DNA from: an uncultured Rhodospirillaceae bacterium
GTDB taxonomy: Bacteria; Pseudomonadota; Alphaproteobacteria; Rhodospirillales; UBA2165
Length of the DNA: 64,000 nt
Direction of reading: 5' to 3'
Assembly: GCA_964611435.1 (NCBI GenBank)
Contig: CAZSXT010000015.1
Location: 2,116 to 66,115 of the forward strand
Both the position numbers and the translations under genes were made by a program. The notes under the pieces were generated by a model. That model worked only from the letters and a program-made list of their open reading frames with translations, had not been told where the DNA came from and ran no database searches. Shown here one piece after another: positions 28,946 through 38,816 of the stretch (within the stretch, counting starts at the first letter, position 1; each line of letters opens with the position of its first letter).

Positions 28946-30709
28946 TTACCGCCGCTTCACAAAAATAAAATCGCCGCCCTCGTGGCCGGCTTTGCGGACG
29001 TCGGAATATTCCGGCGTTTGGTCGGCTGCGGTCATCACCGGGCGGCGGATCGCATCAAACAACCGGGTGCCGTCGAGAATGCCCTGATTGCTGCGAAGCG
29101 TTCTGAGGAGCGCGGCGGCGAAGGGGGAGTGATCGCCCCGCCCGTCATCCACCGGTTCCAGCCCGCCCGAGGTGATTACCACCCTGGCCTTCTTATGGGT
29201 CATCTTCTGATAATAGTCGGCGACGCCGGGAAGCACGCTGATGCCCCGGGTGAGCCGCCCGGCGAAGCAACTGTCTGCCAACAACATGACATGCTTGGCC
29301 TTGATGGCGCGCAGGGAATTGGTGACTACTGCGTTGGATATCCAGTTTGACCGCCGTTTGGGCCGGGCGTCCACCGGCATCCAATAGCCCACGTCGGTGA
29401 CCTGATCGAGCCAGCCGTGACCTGCATAGTAGATTACCAAATTGTCCTTGAACCGGAGCCGTTCGCGGAGGATATCCAGCCGGTCGATGATTTGCGCGCG
29501 GGTCGGATTCAACATCAGTGTTGTTTTGAATCCGTACTGTTTGGAAAGCACATCGGCGATCTGGCGGGCGTCGTTTTCGGCGGTGCGCAGTTTGCGGATA
29601 TGCCGGTAGTTATTGATGCCAATGATTAGGGCGTGGTAGTCGCCGAAGGTCACCCCCTCGGCGACGGGCATGGCGTCACCTGTGCTGGCGTCGGCGGTGG
29701 CCGCCTGACCGAACCGACGATCCAGGGCTGCCTGCTTACGCCGGTTATATTCCGACTTGTTCAGAAGACCGGACTTTAGAAGTTTATCGAGCAATTCAAG
29801 TTCTTGGACGATGGGCTGGCTGGCAGGTTGTGGCTTATTTCCCTTGTCAGTTTTCTTGGGCCGGTCTTTCTCAAGCCGTTCTGCCTCCAATCGCGCGGCT
29901 TCCCGGAGTGCTGCTTCCTGGCGGTCCTCTTCTGCGGTAAGGCGCGCCAAGCGTTCTGCTTCCCGTCGTTCGGCCGAACGACGCCTGGCCTCCTGGCGTT
30001 CCCGATCAGCCCGCGTCTGTTCGGCGGTAGTCCGGGTTAGGCGCTCCAGTTCCATTTGTTGTTCTTTCCGCAGGGCGGCCGCGCGCCGTTCGGCCCCAAG
30101 CGTTTCCAGCCGTTTGGCTTCCTGGTTCACAAAAGTGCGCCAATGGACTTCGAGAGATTTTTGCCGGCGTTTCCCGTCTGGGAGGCGCGCCATGTCGTCG
30201 TGTTTTGCTAGAAAACCTGGGTGCTCTTCGGCGAGGTGGCGGCTGACGAGATAGATCGCCCCAAAACAAGGGTGAAGCCCGCTCGGCTGATTTCCATCTC
30301 TGGTAAATTCCCCTTCGAACACATCGCCGCGAAATTGTCCTGTGATACTCACTGTGGCGTTCCGCCCGCTTGCGCCAAAGTTTCCGGCATCACGCCACGA
30401 AGTGGCCGGACTCCGCAAAGATACCGAAAAAGTGTTGTCTATCTTGCCCGACAGAGTTTGAGGACCAGAGGTGTCCCGCGTCTTCACCACCAGCCCATCT
30501 CCTTCGACGGTCGCTGCAATTTTAACGGCGCCGAGTTCGCATTGGGTCTGCTCCAGGGAGGCAAGGCCAATCCATTCACCCTGACGCGGCGGTGGCTCCA
30601 ACGCCTTGGACGATTTTTGCGCCAACGCACTCTGTAGCAAGAATGCCATCAAAATAGCGCAACTAAACTTGATCAAAAATTTAGCCATCGCCCCAAAACT
30701 ACCATACAT
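28946..30709 (-). CDS. Exported caspase-like (peptidase C14) protein with coiled-coil and SHOCT-like segments
   Basis: Signal-like N-terminus, R/E/A-rich coiled coil, ELELLDKLLKSGLLNKSEYNRRK, then ALIIGINNY, YYAGHG (His) and ADSCF (Cys). Confidence 0.85.
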   Translation of the reverse strand: MYGSFGAMAKFLIKFSCAILMAFLLQSALAQKSSKALEPPPRQGEWIGLASLEQTQCELGAVKIAATVEGDGLVVKTRDTSGPQTLSGKIDNTFSVSLRSPATSWRDAGNFGASGRNATVSITGQFRGDVFEGEFTRDGNQPSGLHPCFGAIYLVSRHLAEEHPGFLAKHDDMARLPDGKRRQKSLEVHWRTFVNQEAKRLETLGAERRAAALRKEQQMELERLTRTTAEQTRADRERQEARRRSAERREAERLARLTAEEDRQEAALREAARLEAERLEKDRPKKTDKGNKPQPASQPIVQELELLDKLLKSGLLNKSEYNRRKQAALDRRFGQAATADASTGDAMPVAEGVTFGDYHALIIGINNYRHIRKLRTAENDARQIADVLSKQYGFKTTLMLNPTRAQIIDRLDILRERLRFKDNLVIYYAGHGWLDQVTDVGYWMPVDARPKRRSNWISNAVVTNSLRAIKAKHVMLLADSCFAGRLTRGISVLPGVADYYQKMTHKKARVVITSGGLEPVDDGRGDHSPFAAALLRTLRSNQGILDGTRLFDAIRRPVMTAADQTPEYSDVRKAGHEGGDFIFVKRR

Positions 30710-30758
30710 GATTGCAGAGAATGCAAACTAAAAGAGGGGCGGATTGAAGGAACACACT

Positions 30759-32411
30759 TTAGGAGGTGGTGCGAGTGTCTCTGGCTCCCCGCACGGTATC
30801 TAAGAATTGTCGTGGGTCAGGCGGTAGGCAATCTGAACGCCATGCCACCATCATGTCGGGCCGAACCAGAACCAGGGGGCGCTCGTATAGATCGGCTGCA
30901 TCTTTGTCGTCAATTCTCACGATATCGAGTGGCAACCCAATGCCGCGAGCCGCAGAAACCATCGTATCGAAATCCTGCTCGACACCGTCAAATACCAGAA
31001 GAGTAAATCCTGCACCCAACTTGTCCAATATAGACAGTCCTTCTTCCAACCAAATATGGGGTGCGCGATGCCCCGGTCTGGCGGTCGGTATATAGGTCCT
31101 TGGATTGTCAGGTGGTTCCGGCGTGCCATCCGGCACGACAATCGGCGATCCTTCATAACGATAGCCTAGGAGAGTCCCTGAAGAAGAAATCAGCTTTTCC
31201 TGATCTTTAAGATCGGCGCCCAGCCGGTCTCTGAAGGCTTCGGCATCGGAGCCTTCCTCGTCCAGTTCGTCGCCATACTGCATGACGGCATTTAACCGGT
31301 CAAAGCAGTCTGCGGCTTCCGAGGTGTTGCGGACGCCGATCGGGTGGCGCTCCACGAAATAACTATCGAGCAGACGCTCGCCACCCCAGCCTTCGAGCAT
31401 CGCCTGGACTTTCCAGGCAAGGTCAATAGCATCGGAGACGCCCGTATTCATCCCGAAGCCGCCTGTTGGTGTAAACAGATGTACTGCATCTCCGGCCATC
31501 AGCACCCGTCCTGCGTGATAGCGGTCAGCCACAAGTGCATGGGCCGTCCAGGGTTGGGTCGATATAATATTTATGGCCGTCGACGCGCCAAGAACGGCTT
31601 CGATTGCTTCAACCGCATCAACCGAGTTCCATTCTTGTCCGTCCTTCAACATAAGGTGATAGGTAAACGTGGTTCCCCCGTCCCAGTTGAGGATGAAACC
31701 AGCGTAATCCCTGTGGAGAGGGAAATAGATATTTGCCGGGCCGAATTTATGGCTCGCCATGAAGTTTGGCGCCTTAAAATAAATCGAGACAAAACGGGCA
31801 AGATTGGCGCGACCGCTAAGACCAATGTTTAATTTATCCCGCACAAACGAGCGGCCCCCATCGCAGGCGAGCAAATATTCGCATCGTACTGTTTCGGCTT
31901 TTCCCGTGGCCAAACATTCGATTTGGCAGTTCACCCCATTGTCATCCTGCGAGAAGTCCACAAGCTTCCAGCCAAATCTAAATTCAACCTTATCCAATTT
32001 GCGAACGTAGTCGAGGATTGCCTGCTCCACCTCGTTTTGACCAGTGATTGTCTTTAAATAGGGGGACCATGTGTGTTCTTCTTTTACGTATCCACTGTTG
32101 TTCTTTACCTCTTTGATTTTTTGAAACGGCGGCAGGGAAATCCGGTGCAACTCCCGGCCATGCAGGCTTGATATCCAATAGTAATCCGCCAGATGATCGG
32201 GGGGAACGCCGGCGTCGCTGATGGCCTGGTCTATGCCCCAACGCCGGTAATATTCCATGGTTCTATTGGCGACGGCATTGGCCCGTGGGTGCGGATTTAA
32301 GTCATCGGCCTGCTCTACGGCCAGACAATCTATGCCGCGCCAGCCCAATTCCGCTGCCAGTGACAGGCCGACGGAACCACCTCCAGAAATTAGTACCGGA
32401 ATTTCGATCAT
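30759..32411 (-). CDS. FAD-dependent monooxygenase (aromatic-ring hydroxylase family)
   Basis: ISGGGSVGL, CDGGRS, AGDAVHLFTPTGGFGMNTG, PGHRAPH, VLVRPD thioredoxin-like tail. Confidence 0.92.
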   Translation of the reverse strand: MIEIPVLISGGGSVGLSLAAELGWRGIDCLAVEQADDLNPHPRANAVANRTMEYYRRWGIDQAISDAGVPPDHLADYYWISSLHGRELHRISLPPFQKIKEVKNNSGYVKEEHTWSPYLKTITGQNEVEQAILDYVRKLDKVEFRFGWKLVDFSQDDNGVNCQIECLATGKAETVRCEYLLACDGGRSFVRDKLNIGLSGRANLARFVSIYFKAPNFMASHKFGPANIYFPLHRDYAGFILNWDGGTTFTYHLMLKDGQEWNSVDAVEAIEAVLGASTAINIISTQPWTAHALVADRYHAGRVLMAGDAVHLFTPTGGFGMNTGVSDAIDLAWKVQAMLEGWGGERLLDSYFVERHPIGVRNTSEAADCFDRLNAVMQYGDELDEEGSDAEAFRDRLGADLKDQEKLISSSGTLLGYRYEGSPIVVPDGTPEPPDNPRTYIPTARPGHRAPHIWLEEGLSILDKLGAGFTLLVFDGVEQDFDTMVSAARGIGLPLDIVRIDDKDAADLYERPLVLVRPDMMVAWRSDCLPPDPRQFLDTVRGARDTRTTS

Positions 32412-32441
32412 AAAAATGCCTCCGGATCTGTGCTGAACCGT

Positions 32442-32723
32442 TTAATTGTCAACGAAGGCGTCAAACGGATTGATGAGCACGACTCTAAACAATCCGGCCT
32501 TATTGTAAGGTTCCTCATCGATAAACTTTTCTGCCGCTGTTCGATCAGAAAATTCCTTAATGACAACGCTGCCGATCATGGTTTTATGATCATCGGCATA
32601 GAGGGGACCTCCCAACTTCATCCCCGTCTCGTTTGCCGCCATGTATTCGCCGTGGGCGTTTCGGTTCTCTGCACGCAACTTTGCACTGCCGGGTTTATCA
32701 AGCATGTAGATGGCAAATAACAT
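32442..32723 (-). CDS. YciI family protein
   Basis: DKPG...R...H..Y, GGPL, MIGS, EPYNKAGLF. Confidence 0.88.
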   Translation of the reverse strand: MLFAIYMLDKPGSAKLRAENRNAHGEYMAANETGMKLGGPLYADDHKTMIGSVVIKEFSDRTAAEKFIDEEPYNKAGLFRVVLINPFDAFVDN

Positions 32724-32742
32724 TGGCTATCGCTCCCTCGAA

Positions 32743-33582
32743 CTACGCTGCCATGTATGAGGCTAGTTTTAGATGAGGCTCAATAAAGTTTCTGAGTATT
32801 TCATTGAAGGCATCGGGCTGTTCCATATTGCTTAAATGACCGGCATTTTCGATCACCGCCAATTGCGCGCTGGGCATTTTCTCCAACATGGTTTGACCAA
32901 TCGACGGCGGCGTCAATTGATCGTGTTCGCCAAAGATCAATTGTACCGGCACGTTAAATTCTTTCAGGCTACCGCTCACGTCGTAGGTCACCGTGGCGGC
33001 AACGGTTTTAAGATAAGATTCAACGTGGATATCGAGGATGCTTTGATGCAGTTGCTGCCGGGCAGCTTCCGAACAATTCGGCCCAACCAGTGATTTAATC
33101 AACGCGGGGGCCAGTTCCGCGAGCGACTTTCCCTCTTTGAGAGGTTTTTGCCGCAGTTCGATAAACTCTTGCCGTTTTTCCGGACTCAGCGCCTTTTCGT
33201 AGCTGAAAAAACAATCGCACAAAACAAGTGTGGCAACCCGTTCGCGATGGCGCGGAAAAAAGTCCATCAATATGCGCGCCCCCATGGACAGACCGACCAA
33301 ATGCGCGCGCTCTATTCCGTTGAAATCCAACAGGCGCGCCAAGTCGTCACTAAAATCACTAAAATTTAGGGGTCCCTCGTAGTCGTCCGAGCGACCGTAG
33401 CCTCGTGCGTCCCACGAAATGGCCGTACAGATATCGGCCATCGCTAGCTGTTGAGACGTCCAGCTGGTCCGGTTGCCGCCAATGCCATGAAGAAAAACAA
33501 CTGGAGCGCCGTCTCCGATCTGGTCAAAGGCGAGGCGTGGAACACCGTCGACCCAGCGTTGGGATATGTCTGAGGAGGCCAT
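32743..33582 (-). CDS. Alpha/beta hydrolase (possible ring-cleavage product hydrolase or deformylase)
   Basis: FLHGIGG, DARGYGRS, GLSMG nucleophile elbow, GEHD, AGHLSN. ATG at 33582 is coupled to the upstream stop (TAATG). Confidence 0.88.
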   Translation of the reverse strand: MASSDISQRWVDGVPRLAFDQIGDGAPVVFLHGIGGNRTSWTSQQLAMADICTAISWDARGYGRSDDYEGPLNFSDFSDDLARLLDFNGIERAHLVGLSMGARILMDFFPRHRERVATLVLCDCFFSYEKALSPEKRQEFIELRQKPLKEGKSLAELAPALIKSLVGPNCSEAARQQLHQSILDIHVESYLKTVAATVTYDVSGSLKEFNVPVQLIFGEHDQLTPPSIGQTMLEKMPSAQLAVIENAGHLSNMEQPDAFNEILRNFIEPHLKLASYMAA

Positions 33583-34628
33583 TACAAGAGGGGCTCCTGC
33601 AATTGGCCATCTTTGACGATTTCCTTGTTGTCGAGAGCAATCGTACAATGTCGCATCGGCAGGTCAAAATGGCAGTTAGTGTGCCGGCCGCTAAATTCAT
33701 TGGCGCCTGTAGAGATCAGAAAATTACCGGCGAAAGCGCGAAGCTCCGTACAATTTACATGCTGTTTGTCGTACATGATCAGCGCGTCCCACCTTGCGCC
33801 CGGATTCAATCCCCAACCGACGTGAGAAATTGCATAAGCATTCGGGTCATCCCATCCTTCAAAATAGGATCGCATTAAATCGGCATCGAGACCTTGCCCG
33901 TCGATTGCCGTGACGAAATCGTTCTCAATTGATAGCGTGACAGGCGATTCGATGTATCGTTTGAACGTCAGATTCACATCCCCGACATCCAAGACCACGG
34001 TCCCACTCACGGTGTTTTCCAGCGGAAAAAAAAGCGCCAGACCTGCCGGCCAATAAGCGACTTTTTCCCCGGGGGACAAATAACCGGCTCCTGCCCGGCA
34101 GGGCGCGTCCTTGATCTCGATTGTTAAATCTGTGCCCGCAGCCGACGTTACCCTCATAACTGAGGCTTGATTGATCAGCTCAATACTCTTGTCGACTTTT
34201 GGTTTCAGCGCCGGATCGGGCATACAGCGCTCAAGCACTTCAGGGTGTTCGTTCGAAATCATGAGAATACGACCGCCGTTACTAAGAACGGACTGCGCCT
34301 CCTTGCTGTGGAGCAGGCCCTCGACGGTGCAATCGATGATCAGATCACAAGCGCTCAAGGCAGGCAGAATGACGTCATAACCCGTCAAAGCATAACTGGA
34401 TCCCGTCGAACGTACAGGAACGGGGTCTTTGACCGGCGGAGATGGCACGCGCACATGGACCGGTTTGGCGCCAATGCGGAGCAAAGCTTGTTCGGCGAGA
34501 TCGACCAATACTTGACGGGATTGAGACTCCGACAAAATGGCAATGGTTTCGCCCCGGCGAACGCTGCTCAGTTCAAAACTTTTTTGAAAACAGTCAATCC
34601 ATTTTCCTTCAAGATTTTCTCTCAGCAT
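33582..34628 (-). CDS. 2,5-dihydroxypyridine 5,6-dioxygenase (NicX)-like non-heme Fe protein
   Basis: Colinear, from recall, with NicX-type proteins: LLHS, PEVLERC, VLDVGD, ISHVGWGLNP.A.W, RAFAGNFL.STG.N, CHFDLP. Confidence 0.75.
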   Translation of the reverse strand: MLRENLEGKWIDCFQKSFELSSVRRGETIAILSESQSRQVLVDLAEQALLRIGAKPVHVRVPSPPVKDPVPVRSTGSSYALTGYDVILPALSACDLIIDCTVEGLLHSKEAQSVLSNGGRILMISNEHPEVLERCMPDPALKPKVDKSIELINQASVMRVTSAAGTDLTIEIKDAPCRAGAGYLSPGEKVAYWPAGLALFFPLENTVSGTVVLDVGDVNLTFKRYIESPVTLSIENDFVTAIDGQGLDADLMRSYFEGWDDPNAYAISHVGWGLNPGARWDALIMYDKQHVNCTELRAFAGNFLISTGANEFSGRHTNCHFDLPMRHCTIALDNKEIVKDGQLQEPLL

Positions 34629-34727
34629 ATTGAATTCCTACACAATTTAATAATATATAGAAATGAATATAGTTTTTAATATAATATGTCCTGGACCTGT
34701 TTCTGTCAATTTTGAGGTGTATTCCAG

Positions 34728-35189
34728 ATGGTTCAATCGTCGGACCGATTTCTAGAAAAATTGCTACCCTATCTGCTGCAGCGCGCGAGTTTTTTGGTTA
34801 CGGAACAGTTTCACCAACACTTGAAGCTAAATGGCGTGAGTGTAAGCCGATGGCGCTTGCTTGCCTGGCTTTCTGATTACAAGAGATCGACCATCAACGA
34901 ATTGACAGACAATCTTATGCTGAAACAGCCGACCGTAACCCGTCTTGTGGATGCTGCCGTGAAAGACGGTCTCGTGACGAAAGCCGCCGGTCGTGAAGAC
35001 GGTCGGCGAGTTTATGTTTCGCTTACCGCAGCTGGCGAGAAATTGATTGAACAATTAAAGAGCGATGCGAGTGAGGCGGAGGCCAAGATAGGAGAAATTG
35101 GCGATCTGAAGGCGATCGACCGTTTAAAAAAGAATCTGGTTGAAATCATCGATCAATTTGAAGGACAGAAATACTTCAGACGGTCGTGA
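34728..35189 (+). CDS. MarR family transcriptional regulator, divergent from the catabolic operon
   Basis: LPYLLQRA, WRLL, QPTVTRLVD, DGRRVYVSLTAAG. Confidence 0.92.
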   Translation: MVQSSDRFLEKLLPYLLQRASFLVTEQFHQHLKLNGVSVSRWRLLAWLSDYKRSTINELTDNLMLKQPTVTRLVDAAVKDGLVTKAAGREDGRRVYVSLTAAGEKLIEQLKSDASEAEAKIGEIGDLKAIDRLKKNLVEIIDQFEGQKYFRRS

Positions 35190-35358
35190 GTGTTCTCAGC
35201 ATTTGTACGCCATTTCAGACCTGGCCTGACACCCCTCCATTTCAACAATGAGTCCAGAGCTGAAAGTCGCCAGTTAACGCAAAAGCGCCTTAACTTCTTT
35301 GCAAACCACCCTATTTTTTTGCTTAATGCGCCCAAATTTACTCATTTGGATTGCTTTC

Positions 35359-36186
35359 ATGACTGATACGCCTGCCCCCGCCATTCCATCCGCCACGGTT
35401 CTGTTGTTAAGGGACCGTCCGGGCGGATTCGAGGTGTTTATGGTTAAGCGGCATTCAGGCATTGATTTCGCCGGTGGGGCCTTGGTGTTTCCAGGTGGTA
35501 AGACCGATCCGGGCGATATCGAACATGGTTGGGATGATCACTGTGATGGCGTTGACGGTTTAAGCCCGATCGAAATCGGCAACCGGGTCTGCGGTATCCG
35601 CGAAACCTTCGAGGAGGCCGGATTTCTGCTGGCGCGGGACAAACACGATGGCGCGTTGATCGGCAAGGACCGGGCGGGCGAGCTGGGGGAAAAATACCGA
35701 AATGCGGTGCATGCAGGCGATGTGGGTATGCGCGAAATGGCCCAAGCTGAAAATTTGATCTTGGCGTGCGATCTGATGGTGCCGTATGCGTGGTGGATCA
35801 CGCCGTCGCCGTTCCCTAAGCGTTTCGACACGTGGTTTTTCATGGCGCGCGCGCCCGAGGACCAGCAAGGCTCCCACGATCAGGGAGAATCCGTGGATTC
35901 TCTCTGGATTTCGCCGGACAAGGCGCTGCAGGCGGCGGCGGACCAGGACTTTAAAATCGTATTCGCGACCCGGATGAACCTGAAAAAAGCGGGCCGGGCC
36001 ACCACCGTGGATGAGGCGTTGGCGGCGGCTGCGGCGGACACCATCGTGCCGGTTGAACCCCATGTGACCCGGGCCGACGAGGGTATCATCTTTCGCATTC
36101 CGGAGGAGGCGGGGTATGGTCTGACCGAACACCTGGAAACTGACGGGGCGACTCGCGTGCCCAAAACGGCTGGCGAGGGACGGTGA
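35359..36186 (+). CDS. NUDIX hydrolase (NUDT19-like)
   Basis: SATVLLLRD, VFPGG, IRETFEEAG, WITP...KRFDTWFF. Confidence 0.88.
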   Translation: MTDTPAPAIPSATVLLLRDRPGGFEVFMVKRHSGIDFAGGALVFPGGKTDPGDIEHGWDDHCDGVDGLSPIEIGNRVCGIRETFEEAGFLLARDKHDGALIGKDRAGELGEKYRNAVHAGDVGMREMAQAENLILACDLMVPYAWWITPSPFPKRFDTWFFMARAPEDQQGSHDQGESVDSLWISPDKALQAAADQDFKIVFATRMNLKKAGRATTVDEALAAAAADTIVPVEPHVTRADEGIIFRIPEEAGYGLTEHLETDGATRVPKTAGEGR

Positions 36187-36332
36187 AATCAGGTGAAATC
36201 GGTTTTCAAGGACCGTTAAATCTTTTATTTATCAGGGAAATTTATCGTCGTTTGCCTTCTGTTAAGGATATAAGCAATATGACTGCACTCGTGGTTTTTT
36301 GCTGCCGAGAACTTGGTGCGGCAAAATGACAT

Positions 36333-37484
36333 GTGAGCGAGGGGATCATGGAGTCTAAGTTTAAGCTGCCACTGACGGGTTCGAGCGTTGTTTTTGGTGC
36401 GGCGCTGCTGCTCGCAGGTTGTTCGTCCGTACCGGATGCCGCCAATCCGGTTGAGTGGTACAAAAGTGTCAAGGAATCCATTGCCGGCGACGACGCCGAG
36501 AAGGAAGGCGACGCCGCCGAAAAGCCGGCCAATGAACTAGTGGCGGATCGCGATAAGCCTGCGCCCGGCGCAAACGAGGAGTTTCCGAAGCTTTCTTCGG
36601 TGCCTCCACGTCCCGCTCCGAGTTCCGCCGCAGAGCGCGAACGTATTCGCGAAGGGCTGGTCGCGGATCAGGAGAGCGCGCGCCGCTATTCCGATGAGGT
36701 GATCCAGCGCCAGGGTGAGGCATCCAATCCCTTGGTCACATCGGCGCCTACCCCGGCACCAGCGCCGGAAGCCGCCGTAAAAGCGCCGGAGTCAGCGGCT
36801 ATGCCCGCGCCCAAGCCGGAACCGATGAAACAGGAAATGGCGAAGACTCCGCCTGCAAAACCTATTCCTGCAGCGCCGCAAGTGGCGCCGCCACCGCCGC
36901 CGCAATCGTCCGGTCCGCAACAGCAATCGAGCTTTAGAGAACCCGCTGTACAGATGGCGGCGATCTCTCCGGCGCCGGCGGGCGAGCAGGGCACGGTGGT
37001 AATTTCCGGCAGCGGTGTGCAAACGATCGCCAGTGCTGCGGCTATCCAGGGCAACATGCCTGCTGTGTCCGGCACCACGATTCCGGGGGTGCGGTCGTTG
37101 TCCGAATTTAATCCGTCTGGTGTTCGGGGTTCATATCAGGTCGCGACGATTATCTTTGCTAACGGCTCTTCAAAGCTTGCCGCCCGTGACCGGCGGATCC
37201 TCCGTCAGGTCGTAGGTCAGCATAAGAAAGTCGGTGGCACGATCCGCGTAGTGGGTCATGCCAGTCATCGGACCCGCGATCTGGAACCTGTCCGCCACAA
37301 GATGGTGAATTTTGAAGTTTCATCGGAGCGGGCCGATATTGTCGCCAAGGAATTGATGAAATTGGGAACACCGGCTACGAGTTTATTTGTCGGTGCGGTA
37401 TCGGACAATGAACCTAAGTACCGGGAAAATATGCCCTCCGGTGAGGCTGGAAATAGGCGAACCGAAATTTTCATCGACTTCTAG
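36333..37484 (+). CDS. OmpA-domain lipoprotein
   Basis: Lipobox LAGC, Pro/Ala-rich linker, C-terminal IIFANGSSKL...VVGHAS...S.ERA...NRRTEIF. Confidence 0.88.
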   Translation: MSEGIMESKFKLPLTGSSVVFGAALLLAGCSSVPDAANPVEWYKSVKESIAGDDAEKEGDAAEKPANELVADRDKPAPGANEEFPKLSSVPPRPAPSSAAERERIREGLVADQESARRYSDEVIQRQGEASNPLVTSAPTPAPAPEAAVKAPESAAMPAPKPEPMKQEMAKTPPAKPIPAAPQVAPPPPPQSSGPQQQSSFREPAVQMAAISPAPAGEQGTVVISGSGVQTIASAAAIQGNMPAVSGTTIPGVRSLSEFNPSGVRGSYQVATIIFANGSSKLAARDRRILRQVVGQHKKVGGTIRVVGHASHRTRDLEPVRHKMVNFEVSSERADIVAKELMKLGTPATSLFVGAVSDNEPKYRENMPSGEAGNRRTEIFIDF

Positions 37485-37592
37485 GCTAGCCGCCACGTAG
37501 TTGACATCATCTTCTAATAGATTTGGTTTGCTTTGAGAGGCCATCAAAGCGAAAACCGTTGCAGCAATCAGGCTTTAAAAAGATACAGGATC

Positions 37593-38816
37593 ATGGAACA
37601 GGAATTTCACAGGATTAAGCGTCTCCCGCCGTATGTGTTCAATGAAGTGAACGACATGAAGGCCAAGGCGCGAGCTGCCGGGGAGGACATTATCGACTTC
37701 GGCATGGGCAATCCTGATTCTGCAACCCCGCCGCACATCGTCGAGAAGCTGGTGGAAACGGTCCATGACGGGCGTACCCATCGCTATTCGGCGTCCAAGG
37801 GCATTCCCGGTTTGCGGAAGGCGATCGCGTCCTATTACGGCCGCCGGTTTAACGTGGATATCGATCCGAATTCAGAAGCCATCGTGACCTTGGGTTCAAA
37901 GGAAGGCTTGGCGAACCTCGCCTCCGCCATCACCAGCCCCGGTGACGTGATCCTGGTGCCCAATCCCAGCTATCCGATTCACCAGTTCGGCTTTATCATT
38001 GCCGGCGCGGCGGTGCGGAATGTACCTGTCGCGCCTGACGGCGACTATTTGAAGGCCTTGGAGACAGCCGTCATCCATAGCGTGCCTAAGCCGACCGCTG
38101 TGGTTCTCAACTACCCCAACAACCCGACGGCGATGGTCGCTGATCTGGATTTCTATGGCCAGGTGGTCGATTTCTGCCTGCACCACGGGATTTATATCCT
38201 GTCTGACCTCGCCTATGCGGAGCTGTTTTTCGACATCGCGCCGCCGCCATCGATCCTGGAAATTCCACGCGCCCGTGAAATTGCTGTCGAATTCACCTCT
38301 ATGAGCAAGACCTACAACATGCCCGGCTGGCGGATCGGTTTCGCCGCCGGCAACAAGCACCTGATTGCGGCGCTGACTCGGATAAAATCTTATCTCGACT
38401 ATGGTGCGTTTACGCCGATCCAGGTGGCCGCTGCGGCGGCCTTGAATGGTCCCCAGGATTGCGTCGAAGAAATCCGCCAGCTCTATAAGGAACGCCGCGA
38501 CGTTCTGATCGAAAGCATGTCAGCCTCCGGCTGGGATATTCCTGCGCCGCCGGCCACCATGTTCGCTTGGGCGCCTTTGCCGCCGGGCTTTGAGGATTTG
38601 GGGTCAGTCGAATTTTCCAAGCTGATCCTGCAAGAGGCCAAGATGGCCGTCTCGCCGGGTATTGCTTTCGGCGAGCATGGCGACGGGCATGTCCGGATTT
38701 CTCTGGTCGAGAACAAGCAGCGCATTCGCCAAGCCGCACGTAACGTGAAGACCTTTATGTCTCAGCAGTGCAATGTCCTGGAAGATTGGGAACGAAAGCG
38801 GGCCGCTGTCTCTTGA
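37593..38816 (+). CDS. alaC: Class I aminotransferase (AlaC / LL-DAP aminotransferase-like)
   Basis: RLPPYVF, DFGMGNPD, NYPNNPT, SDLAY, SMSKTYNMPGWRIG. Commonly upstream of hom. Confidence 0.85.
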   Translation: MEQEFHRIKRLPPYVFNEVNDMKAKARAAGEDIIDFGMGNPDSATPPHIVEKLVETVHDGRTHRYSASKGIPGLRKAIASYYGRRFNVDIDPNSEAIVTLGSKEGLANLASAITSPGDVILVPNPSYPIHQFGFIIAGAAVRNVPVAPDGDYLKALETAVIHSVPKPTAVVLNYPNNPTAMVADLDFYGQVVDFCLHHGIYILSDLAYAELFFDIAPPPSILEIPRAREIAVEFTSMSKTYNMPGWRIGFAAGNKHLIAALTRIKSYLDYGAFTPIQVAAAAALNGPQDCVEEIRQLYKERRDVLIESMSASGWDIPAPPATMFAWAPLPPGFEDLGSVEFSKLILQEAKMAVSPGIAFGEHGDGHVRISLVENKQRIRQAARNVKTFMSQQCNVLEDWERKRAAVS

